64,000 nucleotides of DNA from Deltaproteobacteria bacterium (GCA_029262815.1 JAJCYS010000016.1:411-64410), one strand, 5' to 3'. Shown: positions 20,730-31,603, numbered from the stretch's first letter. Numbers and translations are program-made. Notes: generated from the letters alone by a model not told the origin.

Positions 20730-21398
20730 TTAAAGTAAAACGATCAGCAAGGCCACAAGTACAAAAACGCCCATCATGATTGCTGTGGCTGCAACAATGC
20801 CGAAATAAAACCGAATCAACGCACGAGCATCTAAAACCAACTGGTCTGACAACGCAACGAGTGCGCCCTCATGAAATGACCTGAACCACAACACCATAAA
20901 CAAAAGCGCAAAACAAATACCCAGAATGGACTGCAATAATGACACATCAAAAACTGCCAAAAGTCCCATGCTGGCAAGGGTGTTGGCCAACGCAAAGGGT
21001 GCTAACGCAGCCAAGAGATTAAATGCAGACCTAAACGTAAACTCGGTCCGTGTAATTGCGCCCATAATCAAAAACAAGACTGATCCAATAACTAATTGAA
21101 ACAAGTATGCAACCGGCACAGTCACAAATGTTAAAAATCCCATCACCCAGACAGAAGACATGAAGGCTGGCAATGCGTTCACCCCAACCGTGGCTTCTAG
21201 ATAGCTCATCTGAACTTGAAACCCCATGAGGCCAATGATGCCCGCCAGGACCATATGCAACAGCCCAAACAAGAAAGCCAACCGTTTGGGTAACGAAAAA
21301 ATCTCATAGGACTTAAAAAAGATTTTTGGAGAGATTATGAGCAGCCAGGAGCTCGTCCAAAAATTAAGAATAGGGTGGAATACACTTTGTTTGTTCAT
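20730..21398 (-). CDS. Multi-pass membrane protein (Yip1-like)
   Basis: ISPKIFF N-terminal motif followed by five hydrophobic helices. Confidence 0.55.
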   Translation of the reverse strand: MNKQSVFHPILNFWTSSWLLIISPKIFFKSYEIFSLPKRLAFLFGLLHMVLAGIIGLMGFQVQMSYLEATVGVNALPAFMSSVWVMGFLTFVTVPVAYLFQLVIGSVLFLIMGAITRTEFTFRSAFNLLAALAPFALANTLASMGLLAVFDVSLLQSILGICFALLFMVLWFRSFHEGALVALSDQLVLDARALIRFYFGIVAATAIMMGVFVLVALLIVLL

Positions 21399-21464
21399 TA
21401 TAAGCTCGTCACCATAGCCTACAATATACCAGAATGCAATTCTGACAAAATAACCCGTTGAAAA

Positions 21465-23912
21465 TCAAAGCTGTTTTTCAGAAATGGGCATTTTTACGTT
21501 GTAGGATTTCAGGTTTAAACTCGCGCCGGCCATCCGGCGATGTATGACGAGCAATTCTGTGATGTCCTTTGGACTTTCCCCCTGCATTAAATGGCTAATT
21601 CGCATCCATTTTCCAGAAATAGCTTTGAGACTCGGAGGGTCAAACGCTAAGGTCACTTTTTTTCCATGTCGTGTACGAAGATACAGAGACACCGGCAATG
21701 CATCATCCGTTGATTCTAGATTCACCTTGATCAGGATATCGCCGTCCACAAACCCGTTACGTGTAATCTGGATAGGAAAGACATGTTGCCCATAGGCTAA
21801 GTTCGAGTTTGGAGCGCGGTAGTACGTCTCTCGACTTTTAACTTTTCGCTCTATCGGCAGATTTTTCTCCGCGAAAACCATATGTCGTTTTCGATCCGTA
21901 TACCCCACTCGAATGCTATACCGGTGGCGACTATCTACACGTTCAGGCAACTTAAATTGTAATAGGCTCTCAAAATCGTTATCCCCTCCAACTAATGCAG
22001 ATACCCGTTTGGTACGTTTCTGAATCTGCTTATCATCCATCCAGAGCGACCCTACAATATATGCACGTCCTACAAACCCTTTAGATGGCAGTTTTACGTT
22101 AACTGAAACAGAAAGATTCTCTCCTGACTCATAGGGTTTTGGCTCGTCATAGCTCAAGCTCACTTGGGGGCTTTGAGCATCACATAAATTTAGTCGCTTA
22201 CCCAGGCCTTGTTTTGAAAAAATAGCATTTACAGAACATTGAAGATGGTTGGGTGATTTTAGTTTTGGATCTCGGGACAAGAGTAAATTGATACTTTGTG
22301 GCATGTCATGCATGTTAGACGCCATCGTCATCGCTTTCAAAAACAAGGTTTTTAAGGTGCGATAGGTCCATTCGGCTGAATAAATACTTTGCCATGCAAG
22401 AATGAGATTCCAAAAAGCAGATCCCAAGATTTCACCCTCAAAGTGAACTTCCCCTCGATGTAAGGGATAAGAACGATCGATTCTTAAGTCACGAATATAG
22501 TGATTATAAAAATGGTCTTTATAATGTGCACCAATGATCGGAGATTTGAGGTGTAACATTGCCATCACATCCCCAAACCCTTCACTGGACGCTGAATCAG
22601 AAATCCCGCCCGTTTTGAAATCTAGGTAATGACCCAATTCATGGTAGATGATGCTTGTGGATAGTCCTGCTGATTGACACTGTCCTGTACTAGGACCATA
22701 AAAGACAAAGTGAGAAGGACGAAGCATGATATTGCCCGCCTTTATCTCATAGCCGTAATAGGCATTACAGCGTTGATTCGTTGGACTGTAATCCACTACC
22801 ACGGGTAACGCATACCCTGAATCGACATTACTCATTTGGCTTCCTGCTGAGAGCAACCCTTGTTGCAAATAATAGAAAGGCATCGTGACATCGAGGGGTA
22901 GCCACGACGTAAAATTATTACCTAAGGGAGAATTTGCTGTGAGGGTAAAAGATTTTTTAAATGGACTAACAGGTAGGGCTTCATTCGCGGTTCCACCTGA
23001 ATATCCGACTTGAATTTGTGAGTTTTCAAAAACGAGCTTCATCTTCGAGAACGACTCTGCATCAAATGAAGCTTCGCCCGACGTATCGGTTCGAAAATGC
23101 TTGAGCATCCCCTCCGCATCCTCAAGCTCTATAGCCAGCTGGGGCAACGGTACCGTTTTTTTCTTGCTGAGAATATGGGTTTTATGGACTTTTGTTTTTA
23201 TCGCATGCGTACCACTATCATGAGCTTTCAAAGGATGAAAGGCGATGATATCGCCTGTTTGCAAGTCCACCTTGAGTTCCACATAGGCAGCCTCCGCTTT
23301 TAAATAAAACAGGAAGGTGTACACTTCATGAAACAAATCAGTTTTGGACGTGTATCGATAAGACAGAGGCTTCTCTTGCTCTAGTGTGTAATCCGTATCT
23401 TGCCCATCATCAAACTCGATAAAAGTTTTGGCTTTTTCTAAAGCCCCTTCGTAATCAAAAACACGTGCTTTCGTCGTTTTAGCGGCCGTTCCCTTATAAA
23501 AGACACGAGGTGGGTAGCTCGGTCGTCGATAGATGGCCGCATAGGCATCTTCAAATGGGGTTCCATCCTCGATGCGGGGGTAGATATAAATATCCTCATT
23601 CCCTACTTCAAATGCTTTGGGCGTTGAGGTATAGCGTTTGGGATCTAAGGAGATGTCACTGTTATCCAAAACAGCAGCCCCTTGCCCCATAGAACTTTTC
23701 TGGACAAGCTGTCTTGCTGTTTGATGCACAAATGGGGTCTTTGTTTTGCACTGGTGGGTCTCTGATCTCGGAAATAGTATCTTTCGATTGTTTTTAGCGG
23801 CCAAATTAAGATAAGTGGTCGCTTCTATAGCAAATAGGGGCTCACTCCCCCACACAAAACACAAACTGATACATCCTATGATACGGCTGACTGTCATCTC
23901 ATCCCCCAACAC
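21465..23912 (-). CDS. Secreted zinc metallopeptidase (gluzincin, M4/M36-like) with C-terminal extensions
   Basis: CNAYY, HELGH zinc motif, SEGFGD third ligand, EVHFEGEI; signal peptide and propeptide-like region. Confidence 0.75.
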   Translation of the reverse strand: MLGDEMTVSRIIGCISLCFVWGSEPLFAIEATTYLNLAAKNNRKILFPRSETHQCKTKTPFVHQTARQLVQKSSMGQGAAVLDNSDISLDPKRYTSTPKAFEVGNEDIYIYPRIEDGTPFEDAYAAIYRRPSYPPRVFYKGTAAKTTKARVFDYEGALEKAKTFIEFDDGQDTDYTLEQEKPLSYRYTSKTDLFHEVYTFLFYLKAEAAYVELKVDLQTGDIIAFHPLKAHDSGTHAIKTKVHKTHILSKKKTVPLPQLAIELEDAEGMLKHFRTDTSGEASFDAESFSKMKLVFENSQIQVGYSGGTANEALPVSPFKKSFTLTANSPLGNNFTSWLPLDVTMPFYYLQQGLLSAGSQMSNVDSGYALPVVVDYSPTNQRCNAYYGYEIKAGNIMLRPSHFVFYGPSTGQCQSAGLSTSIIYHELGHYLDFKTGGISDSASSEGFGDVMAMLHLKSPIIGAHYKDHFYNHYIRDLRIDRSYPLHRGEVHFEGEILGSAFWNLILAWQSIYSAEWTYRTLKTLFLKAMTMASNMHDMPQSINLLLSRDPKLKSPNHLQCSVNAIFSKQGLGKRLNLCDAQSPQVSLSYDEPKPYESGENLSVSVNVKLPSKGFVGRAYIVGSLWMDDKQIQKRTKRVSALVGGDNDFESLLQFKLPERVDSRHRYSIRVGYTDRKRHMVFAEKNLPIERKVKSRETYYRAPNSNLAYGQHVFPIQITRNGFVDGDILIKVNLESTDDALPVSLYLRTRHGKKVTLAFDPPSLKAISGKWMRISHLMQGESPKDITELLVIHRRMAGASLNLKSYNVKMPISEKQL

Positions 23913-24190
23913 TTACAAACAAAGAGTTCCCTGTTAACAGGGCAACCTACATTCAATGGTGTCGACCAAATGAGAACCAGGCGGATGTATCATCGCTGTG
24001 GGTAACACCAGTTGAATCGGAGGGCGGACACAAAAACTTTATGGTAAGGACATGAATAAAAATCCATATTGTGAATTTTGACGAATCGTAAAAATAATGA
24101 GGGTGCAAGCCTTTTCTTACTTGTCTTTTTCGAAGTATAATAATGGTTGGGACATCAATGTACAACATCAATACTCGTGGAGGAAGGGGT

Positions 24191-24973
24191 ATGGATTTTA
24201 TTAAAAAGCTAGTATTAGCTTCTTTTTTATTAGTTTCCTTTTCGGGGGTTTCACAAGCTCAAGCAATTGTTGGGTCGACGGACGAAACCTTATTCGAAAT
24301 AGGATTAAATGGGGGGGTATTGCTTGGCAATATCAACCGTGATGATGACGCAGATACTCTGTTGTCTAATTCCGCATTGGACGTGAAGGTCGATGATGAA
24401 GACATCAGCTTAGGATTCATTGGATTTTTGCGATTTGCAGTCATCTTAGCCAGTGTGTTTTCCATTGACTTTAATATTGGATACGCACAGCGGGGATCGG
24501 ATCTAGAGCATCTAAATATAAGCGGGGGTGCGGCTGATCCACTAGATGGCAAGGATATCGACTTCTGTGTCGACACCATCGCATTTCCATTGATGCTGAA
24601 GTATCTCTTTAGCGGTGGGGACTTCATTCCGTTTATCGGACTCCTCTTGGATCTCTATGTCGTCTTAGAGGCAGAGTTGGATTACGATGACGATGGTACC
24701 CCTAATAGGGCCACCGTTGATTTGGATGAGAATACACCTACTGGTGTAGCTGTAGGCGACAAAAAAGACATCATCGAAAATTTCGGATTTGGGATTGGCC
24801 CCATACTCGGCTTCATGTATTTCGTGAGCGAGTGGGTGGCTATTACCTTTCACGCCATGTTCAGTTACTCTTTGACAGACTTGATGGATGCAAAGATTAG
24901 CTCTGGTGAAGAAGTTGATGCCCATCTATACTCATTCTGGTTCTTACTCGGATTCTCCTACTTCTGGGGATAA
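24191..24973 (+). CDS. Outer-membrane beta-barrel protein with acidic loops
   Basis: Signal peptide (SQA-QA), alternating beta-strand pattern, aromatic C-terminus LGFSYFWG; purine-rich RBS before ATG 24191. Confidence 0.7.
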   Translation: MDFIKKLVLASFLLVSFSGVSQAQAIVGSTDETLFEIGLNGGVLLGNINRDDDADTLLSNSALDVKVDDEDISLGFIGFLRFAVILASVFSIDFNIGYAQRGSDLEHLNISGGAADPLDGKDIDFCVDTIAFPLMLKYLFSGGDFIPFIGLLLDLYVVLEAELDYDDDGTPNRATVDLDENTPTGVAVGDKKDIIENFGFGIGPILGFMYFVSEWVAITFHAMFSYSLTDLMDAKISSGEEVDAHLYSFWFLLGFSYFWG

Positions 24974-25011
24974 TCCATAGTTAGGGCAAGAACCCCTTCG
25001 AATAAAAGATC

Positions 25012-25048
25012 AAACCCTCCCAAGCACGACTGCTTGGGAGGGTTTTTT
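25012..25048 (+). terminator. Rho-independent terminator
   Basis: AAACCCTCCCAAGCA-cgac-TGCTTGGGAGGGTTT followed by a T run, just after the stop at 24973. Confidence 0.85.
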
Positions 25049-25069
25049 AATAAAGGTCTGTTGAAAATT

Positions 25070-25603
25070 ATGAAGATTAAATTTTTTTTATTACTCATTC
25101 TTCTTTCCACACTCCTCATGGCACACCGCACCCAAGGTGCCACAACCTCGTACGAACCATTTTCAATTTATACCTTCAGCCCCGCATTGATTCTTTACAC
25201 CACCACACACCGCACCGTCGCACAAGGCGGCGGGGGGGCTGCTCTAAGCTTCACTTTTTTTAAGCTACCCTGGTTGGGCGCCACCACACAAGCCGCCTTT
25301 CATTATGGATACCCTCGACCCTTCAAACTCATCAAGCTACCCACCTTACTTCTTTTTCGCTGGTTGACGCGGCCCTGGGTGCCTTATATTGGCCTAGGCC
25401 TTGCCCCTCTTATCTTCTTTCATCATCAGGATAAAGGCACAACTACTGGCCTCCACGGCGTTGGAGAGCTTGGTTTTCATTACATCCCGGATACCTTTGG
25501 GTTCTCGATGGCACTCCGTTACAGCCACCCCATTTCAGGACCCAAGAGTCCCGTTTGGTTCCGCCAAGTCGAACTTCTGATCGGAATGAGCATTGCCTTT
25601 TAA
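25070..25603 (+). CDS. Small outer-membrane beta-barrel-like protein
   Basis: Signal peptide, VPYIGLG strand, C-terminal IGMSIAF. Confidence 0.6.
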   Translation: MKIKFFLLLILLSTLLMAHRTQGATTSYEPFSIYTFSPALILYTTTHRTVAQGGGGAALSFTFFKLPWLGATTQAAFHYGYPRPFKLIKLPTLLLFRWLTRPWVPYIGLGLAPLIFFHHQDKGTTTGLHGVGELGFHYIPDTFGFSMALRYSHPISGPKSPVWFRQVELLIGMSIAF

Positions 25604-25733
25604 ATCAAACCAACAGATTAAAAAAGACATCCATTCGGCTTTCCCACCTTGATCTCGAGGCCATTCTGGGCTATACCAGTAGAGGCAAAAAGAAATCATT
25701 TTCCATATTTATTATCTAGATTAGGAGGCACTC

Positions 25734-26351
25734 ATGCGTTTCAAAGGTCACACTCTAATAGCAACTCTCATGCTTACCGCAAGTTTGGCAGGATTCGCCA
25801 ACGAGCAATCTCTCGTCGCTGACGAAGAAGAACAGAGTCACTACGAACTCGGTATCCGTGCTTTTTCATACGGCCATGTTGCTGCACCCCCTAAAGGGCT
25901 AAAGCAAAAAGATGTTGAAAGTTGGGTCAAAAACGAAGGTGCGCGAAGTGGATTCGGTGTCGGCCTTACGTTTGAGTACCACATCTTAGATTGGTTAACC
26001 ATGGAGACAGATTTCGTCTATCACCGCATTGCCTCACTCAATGAAGCAAAAGCAGATGACCACTGGCATTTCATCTCTATGCCAAAGCTGTTGAATTTCA
26101 AACTGCCCAACTCACACTTTGTGCCTTATGCTGGCATCGGATGGGAAACCATCATGATGATTTCTGGCAAAGAGGTTGAAAGCTTCTGGAAACGATTCGG
26201 CATGAACCTACTCGTTCAAGCTGGACTCAATTACTTCTTCACCGATTGGGGGATTGGGCTCAACGTTCGCGGCGGTTACGGCCTTCGTCATAACCCTTCC
26301 AAAGAACAGTGGAAGTTAGAACTTCAAGTCGGCGCCACCTACAAACTTTAG
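25734..26351 (+). CDS. Outer-membrane beta-barrel protein (OmpW/OmpA-TM-like)
   Basis: AGGAGG RBS, signal peptide, FVPYAGIG, C-terminal VGATYKL. Confidence 0.7.
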   Translation: MRFKGHTLIATLMLTASLAGFANEQSLVADEEEQSHYELGIRAFSYGHVAAPPKGLKQKDVESWVKNEGARSGFGVGLTFEYHILDWLTMETDFVYHRIASLNEAKADDHWHFISMPKLLNFKLPNSHFVPYAGIGWETIMMISGKEVESFWKRFGMNLLVQAGLNYFFTDWGIGLNVRGGYGLRHNPSKEQWKLELQVGATYKL

Positions 26352-26358
26352 CACTTCT

Positions 26359-26420
26359 ATAAGCTCTCTAAGCACTTTTTGACACCCCTAGAAATGTCAA
26401 AAAGTGCTTAGAGAGCTTAT
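26359..26420. repeat. Perfect 26-bp inverted repeat with 10-nt loop
   Basis: ATAAGCTCTCTAAGCACTTTTTGACA (26359-26384) / TGTCAAAAAGTGCTTAGAGAGCTTAT (26395-26420). Confidence 0.9.
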
Positions 26421-26444
26421 GAAGCTGTATACTGACAGTGCAGT

Positions 26445-28076
26445 ATGAAACTTTGTGCCGTACAACTTCATCCCAAAATTGGCAACCTTAAGGATAATTT
26501 TGCCCGCATCCACTCTTGGATCGATCACGCCCTGGTTCAAAACGCGGATGCCGTCTGCTTTCCAGAATGCGCTTTACTCGGCTATTTGCCTCAGGACGCT
26601 ATCTTCCATCCTGATTTTCAAGCTGAACACGATGATTGTTTAACCCAAATTCAACACCTCAGCAAAAAAATAGATATCCTAGTAGGTGCACTTGCTCGTG
26701 CGCCTCAAAATCCGCACAACCGATTCTACAACGCCTATTATCATTTTTCTGGCGGCACGCAACAGCACATTGTGTTTAAAACCCGGTTGCCCAACGATGA
26801 CGTCTTCTATGACAGTCGTTTTTTTGTCTCCAACCCCAATCCAGGCCCGAATAACCAACTCACAGTCTGTGGCACAAAAATCGGCGTCGGAATCTGCGAA
26901 GACATGTGGCATGACACCGCTCTTTTTAAAAGCATCGTCCAAAAATCCAAAGTCGATTTATTCTTATGCCCATCTGCATCGCCATTTGAAATCGGAAAAG
27001 CACGCGTCCGTAAGCATCACATGCGTCAAATTATTTCAGAAACCGACACCCCGCTGCTTTTTCTTAATCAAGTGGGGGGGTATGACGGTATTCTATTTGA
27101 CGGTCACTCATACCTAATTGACAAATCTTCTAAAATCAAGGTGCAAGGTTCCATCTTCAAAGAAATGGGCTTTTTGATCCCAGTCGGCTCAACCGCACCT
27201 ACACAAGAACTCACATTAAAATCAATTCCCAAGAACCATACCCCAAAAAACCACCGACATTCAAAGTGTGAAACCTTGCGTCAAGGATTGGAATTTGGGC
27301 TTCGTCATTTTATCAAAGGCGCTGCCTGTCAATCAGCCATCATCTGTGTCAGCGGAGGAATGGACTCTGCATTGGCTTTGCTCCTAACCAAACGCGCGCT
27401 TGGGGCGCATCGATGTCGGGCCTTAATTTTACCGTCCCCATTTAATACCCAATCCGCACTTCTTGATGCTGTCAGCCTATGTCAACATCACACCATCCCT
27501 TTTCAAACTATTTCAATCACGCCGTATCTGAGAACATTCGAGCATATGATGCATCATCATTTCAAAGACGCGGGCCCCACCGTACATCAAAATCTTCAAG
27601 CCAGATTGCGAGGGATAATCGCAATGATGGCCACCAACACACACTCGGGATGTTTGATTGGCACAAGCAACAAGTCTGAACTTGCATTGGGATACGCCAC
27701 TCTCTACGGCGATCTCTGTGCTGGCATTTTCCCCATTGGAGACCTTACAAAAACCCAGGTCTACACTTTGGCTCATCATTATGTCACTGAACATCAAGAA
27801 TTTATCCCTGAGCGTATTTTGAAACGTCCCCCCAGCGCCGAACTAGCTTTCAACCAAAGAGACGATCTGGATTTAATGCCCTATCACGAACTGGACCCCT
27901 ACATCGAATCAATGCTCAACGCAGAGTTGGGTCAAAAAGAGTCCCGATCAGTCCCCCAAGATCTTCAAACACGCTTACGCAACTCACAGTTCAAGCGAAA
28001 ACAAACCGCTCCCATCTTGAAGGTCAGCTCACGAGATTTAGGTCGTGGACGCCAAATGATTATCTCAGGCGGCTAG
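26445..28076 (+). CDS. nadE: Glutamine-dependent NAD+ synthetase
   Basis: Nitrilase domain (FPEC, ICEDMW) plus SGGMDS, NLQARLR, NKSELALGYATLYGD. Confidence 0.93.
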   Translation: MKLCAVQLHPKIGNLKDNFARIHSWIDHALVQNADAVCFPECALLGYLPQDAIFHPDFQAEHDDCLTQIQHLSKKIDILVGALARAPQNPHNRFYNAYYHFSGGTQQHIVFKTRLPNDDVFYDSRFFVSNPNPGPNNQLTVCGTKIGVGICEDMWHDTALFKSIVQKSKVDLFLCPSASPFEIGKARVRKHHMRQIISETDTPLLFLNQVGGYDGILFDGHSYLIDKSSKIKVQGSIFKEMGFLIPVGSTAPTQELTLKSIPKNHTPKNHRHSKCETLRQGLEFGLRHFIKGAACQSAIICVSGGMDSALALLLTKRALGAHRCRALILPSPFNTQSALLDAVSLCQHHTIPFQTISITPYLRTFEHMMHHHFKDAGPTVHQNLQARLRGIIAMMATNTHSGCLIGTSNKSELALGYATLYGDLCAGIFPIGDLTKTQVYTLAHHYVTEHQEFIPERILKRPPSAELAFNQRDDLDLMPYHELDPYIESMLNAELGQKESRSVPQDLQTRLRNSQFKRKQTAPILKVSSRDLGRGRQMIISGG

Positions 28077-28080
28077 AAAA

Positions 28081-28815
28081 ATGCTCAGCACTGCCGTCAT
28101 TCCTGCCGCAGGGCTTGGCTTGCGAGTACGGCCATTCACCAAGCACACCCCCAAAGCGCTTTTGCCCATCCGTCAGGCACCTGCTTTATCCTATCTACTG
28201 CATGAAGTTGCCGATACTGACATCAAGCACATCATCCTCATCATTAACCCCAAGGACAAAGCCCAATTTACAAATGCCCTTCAGCTGTTGCCCATAGCAC
28301 GACGTTTTACGTTTGACCTCGTCCCCCAAGTCTCGCCTGATGGACTCGGCGAAGCCCTATGGTGTGCGCAACCGAAGATCAAAGCTGAATCCTTTGCTCT
28401 ACTGCTACCGGATGAGCTTTATTTTGAACAGACAGGTCTGACTCAGCTCATTTCTCATTTTGACCCTCACCAGGGACATCTGGTCGCTCTGAGATCGATC
28501 CCACTTCACCTGATTTCTCAGTATGGCAACGCGTGTTTGGATGAGCCACATCCGTCTGGAGTCGGCCCTTATCGGCTTTCAGGGTGCGTTGAGAAGCCGG
28601 ACGTGGCTCAATCCCAATGGGCGCTTGTTGGACGTTATCTATTTACCCCTGATATTTGGAAATCCCTGACTCGCAATCCCCATAAGGATAGAATATGCTT
28701 AACAGAGGCTATAAACACCCAGTGCCCCACCACCCGAGGTGTGATACTGGATGGCCTACGATTTGATATTGGAAGGTTAGAAGGATATATATCATGCTGT
28801 ATCGCCTGCTCTTAA
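28081..28815 (+). CDS. Sugar-phosphate nucleotidyltransferase (GalU-like)
   Basis: AVIPAAGLGLR..PKALLP, GLGEA, LLPD, VEKP, GRYLF, RFDIG. Confidence 0.8.
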   Translation: MLSTAVIPAAGLGLRVRPFTKHTPKALLPIRQAPALSYLLHEVADTDIKHIILIINPKDKAQFTNALQLLPIARRFTFDLVPQVSPDGLGEALWCAQPKIKAESFALLLPDELYFEQTGLTQLISHFDPHQGHLVALRSIPLHLISQYGNACLDEPHPSGVGPYRLSGCVEKPDVAQSQWALVGRYLFTPDIWKSLTRNPHKDRICLTEAINTQCPTTRGVILDGLRFDIGRLEGYISCCIACS

Positions 28816-29588
28816 GTTTGGGTTTTTTGAGTGTCTCATTGGGGGCCTTGGCTTATAACCTCAAAGACGAAACCATCCTAAAATACTACCAACGCACGAG
28901 TAGACTTAAGCCCTCGTTATGGCACGTGAAACACAAATTGCCAAATAGAGCTTACCCCATAGAATATGACCTTATTGTCAGATACCCCCAATCTAATAAA
29001 CCCCCTCGACTCACCTTTCTAATTGGATCTGATCGACTAAACGCGACGATCACACAACACTCATCTAAGCATCGAACCTTAACCCTCAAACAAGATGGCA
29101 CAGATACAGCAGAAACCTGGACAACCCCTTTGCCTTTTGGCACGTTTGATTTTTTCTCAACGTTTCCACGTTCTCCCGAAGTACTGAACTATGTTTTTCA
29201 GGGGTTAGAATCTCAAATGTTTTCAGGCAACCTCAAAATCACATCGGGTGAACCCGTGTGGGTTTTTCACTCATCGGACACGTCGTTCCCGTATCAAATC
29301 ACCATGAAACGACATCAGTTTTTTCCTAAGCGGATCCAATATGACGGCGCTCGACATCAACGTATGGTCTGGACATTTCATTTCACACAATTCTATTTAC
29401 CAGCCGGTCCCATTCGAACAGAGTTTCGATCGATCACCTTTCACGAAGAAAAGAATGGCTTAAAAGACACCCATATCACATGGACATTTTTAAAACGATT
29501 GGGTAAGAAAACATCTGAGGAACTTACCACAGCGAAGCGATCTAGAGTTACATCTGATTTATTTGAACCCCTATTGGCTGTTTACTGA
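28794..29588 (+). CDS. Hypothetical exported protein
   Basis: 264-aa ORF in operon with signal peptide (ALA-Y). Confidence 0.55.
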   Translation: MLYRLLLSLGFLSVSLGALAYNLKDETILKYYQRTSRLKPSLWHVKHKLPNRAYPIEYDLIVRYPQSNKPPRLTFLIGSDRLNATITQHSSKHRTLTLKQDGTDTAETWTTPLPFGTFDFFSTFPRSPEVLNYVFQGLESQMFSGNLKITSGEPVWVFHSSDTSFPYQITMKRHQFFPKRIQYDGARHQRMVWTFHFTQFYLPAGPIRTEFRSITFHEEKNGLKDTHITWTFLKRLGKKTSEELTTAKRSRVTSDLFEPLLAVY

Positions 29589-29590
29589 AA

Positions 29591-31585
29591 ATGTCAGACG
29601 TTCTGTTGAATTCAGAGAAAAACATCCAAGTTGCCATCCCAAGACGGATTTGGCATTCCCTCAGTTATAAAACCACTGACACGTTTCAGCCCGGCACATT
29701 TATTAAGGTGCCCTTAAAAAAACAAACAACTTGGGGTCTGGTTATTCGTGAAAGCGGGCCCAAAGATTTGGAGCACACACCTACTGTTAAATCGATCGAA
29801 CATCCCCAACCTCACCCGATTACACTTTCAAAGCCATTTCTTACTTGGTTACATGATGTTTCACGTCACTACCATCATCCCTTTGGGTTGATGGCCAAGA
29901 TGGCATGTCCCACGCCTATCTTGAATTTGTCATTCGAAAAAATTGTGCCTCCTGTTTTAGAGACGCCCCCCGATCGGAAAAAACATGACCTCAATGACTC
30001 CCAAGCCAAACTCGTCTCAGCCATTCAATCTGATATTCAAGCCGATCGGTTGAATCATTTGATTTACGGCGTCACAGGTTCAGGCAAAACGGAAATCTAC
30101 ATTCACTTGGCACACCGTATTTTAGAAGCGGGTAAAACCGTTTTGTTGTTGGTACCCGAAATTGCACTGACACCTCAACTTGTAAGCCGAATTTCAAAGC
30201 AGCTTGCGCACCCGCTCATTACCCTGCATAGCAACTTAACACCCAAGCAACATCGAGAAGCTTGGTTGAGTGCATTTTTTCATTCATCTTGCCTGGTCGT
30301 AGGCACAAGAAGCGCTCTATTTCATCCGTTACCTAACCTGGGCATGATCATCATGGACGAAGAGCATGACGGATCCTACAAACAAAGTGACCATCTGAGA
30401 TACCACGCGCGGGATATTGTAAAGCGTCGGGCCGCTTTTGAAAGCATACCGTGGATCATGGGAAGTGCGACACCTTCCTATGAAGCGTTAACCCTATGCC
30501 AGGCGGACCAAGTAATCAAACACCGCTTACCCCATCGACACAAACATGTGGCGTTGCCTACTCTATCTCTCATTCAGGCCCCCAGAAACCCTTATCAAGC
30601 TGGGTGGCTGTCTCAAGAACTCAAAGAGGCTGTTACTGAAACCCTAGAGAACCAAGAGCAGAGTCTACTGTTCTTAAACCGTAAAGGGTTTGCCCCCTAT
30701 TTAACATGTCAGTCCTGTAACCAGTGGGCACAGTGTTCAAACTGCGATACCACTTTGACTTATTACCGAAAGCAATCCCAATGTGTCTGCCATTTATGCG
30801 GCAAGAAAACGCCGCCGCCGACCCATTGCACTGAGTGCCGCTCACCATTTATGATTTTCAAGGGTGCGGGGACTGAGGCCATCGAGGCAGAGATCCGAAC
30901 GCTTTTTCCCGAAGCCACACTTGCACGGATTGATCGTGATGAAGTGACCTCTTTTAAAGATTTAGAAACTCTATTTGAGGATGCGACGCAAGGACGAATT
31001 GATATTTTAATCGGTACTCAGATGTTGGCCAAGGGCCATGATCTACCGCATTTAACCCTCGTTGGCATATTAAACGGGGATCAAACTTTGCATCATCCTG
31101 ATTTCAGGAGTGTGGAACGCACCGCACAGCTGATTCAGCAAGTTTCTGGGCGATCAGGCCGTACCAAACCGGGTCGGGTGTTTATTCAAACGTTGGGTCA
31201 TCCGTTGTTAGAAAAAATCATCCATACAGATTATATCCAATTGTACGAAGAAGAGCTTAGCAAACGAAAAGAGTATGGGCTGCCTCCGATGGGTTATTTA
31301 GGGCGATTCGTGTTTGATGCACTGGGGCTGCAGCAAGGGCTGAATGGGCTCTCTGGTCTCAGTCCACTGTTAAATTCGTTACGATCCACACACAAGGCAT
31401 TGACCATTGTGCCTCCGTCACCTTGTATTGTAGAAAGAATTGCACGGCGGTTCCGAATTCAAATTTTGATTAAAAGCTCAGATTATCGATCATTTCATAC
31501 CGCGATTCATCATATACAGCGATGGGCAGAAACTCAGTATCCAAGACGAGTGTTATTAGACATTAGCCCTCAAGAGTTTTTATAA
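29591..31585 (+). CDS. priA: Primosomal protein N' (replication restart helicase)
   Basis: GVTGSGKTEIY, DEEHD, four CxxC zinc pairs, IGTQMLAKGHD. Confidence 0.95.
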   Translation: MSDVLLNSEKNIQVAIPRRIWHSLSYKTTDTFQPGTFIKVPLKKQTTWGLVIRESGPKDLEHTPTVKSIEHPQPHPITLSKPFLTWLHDVSRHYHHPFGLMAKMACPTPILNLSFEKIVPPVLETPPDRKKHDLNDSQAKLVSAIQSDIQADRLNHLIYGVTGSGKTEIYIHLAHRILEAGKTVLLLVPEIALTPQLVSRISKQLAHPLITLHSNLTPKQHREAWLSAFFHSSCLVVGTRSALFHPLPNLGMIIMDEEHDGSYKQSDHLRYHARDIVKRRAAFESIPWIMGSATPSYEALTLCQADQVIKHRLPHRHKHVALPTLSLIQAPRNPYQAGWLSQELKEAVTETLENQEQSLLFLNRKGFAPYLTCQSCNQWAQCSNCDTTLTYYRKQSQCVCHLCGKKTPPPTHCTECRSPFMIFKGAGTEAIEAEIRTLFPEATLARIDRDEVTSFKDLETLFEDATQGRIDILIGTQMLAKGHDLPHLTLVGILNGDQTLHHPDFRSVERTAQLIQQVSGRSGRTKPGRVFIQTLGHPLLEKIIHTDYIQLYEEELSKRKEYGLPPMGYLGRFVFDALGLQQGLNGLSGLSPLLNSLRSTHKALTIVPPSPCIVERIARRFRIQILIKSSDYRSFHTAIHHIQRWAETQYPRRVLLDISPQEFL

Positions 31586-31603
31586 TAGGGGCAAGGGGGA
31601 TCT

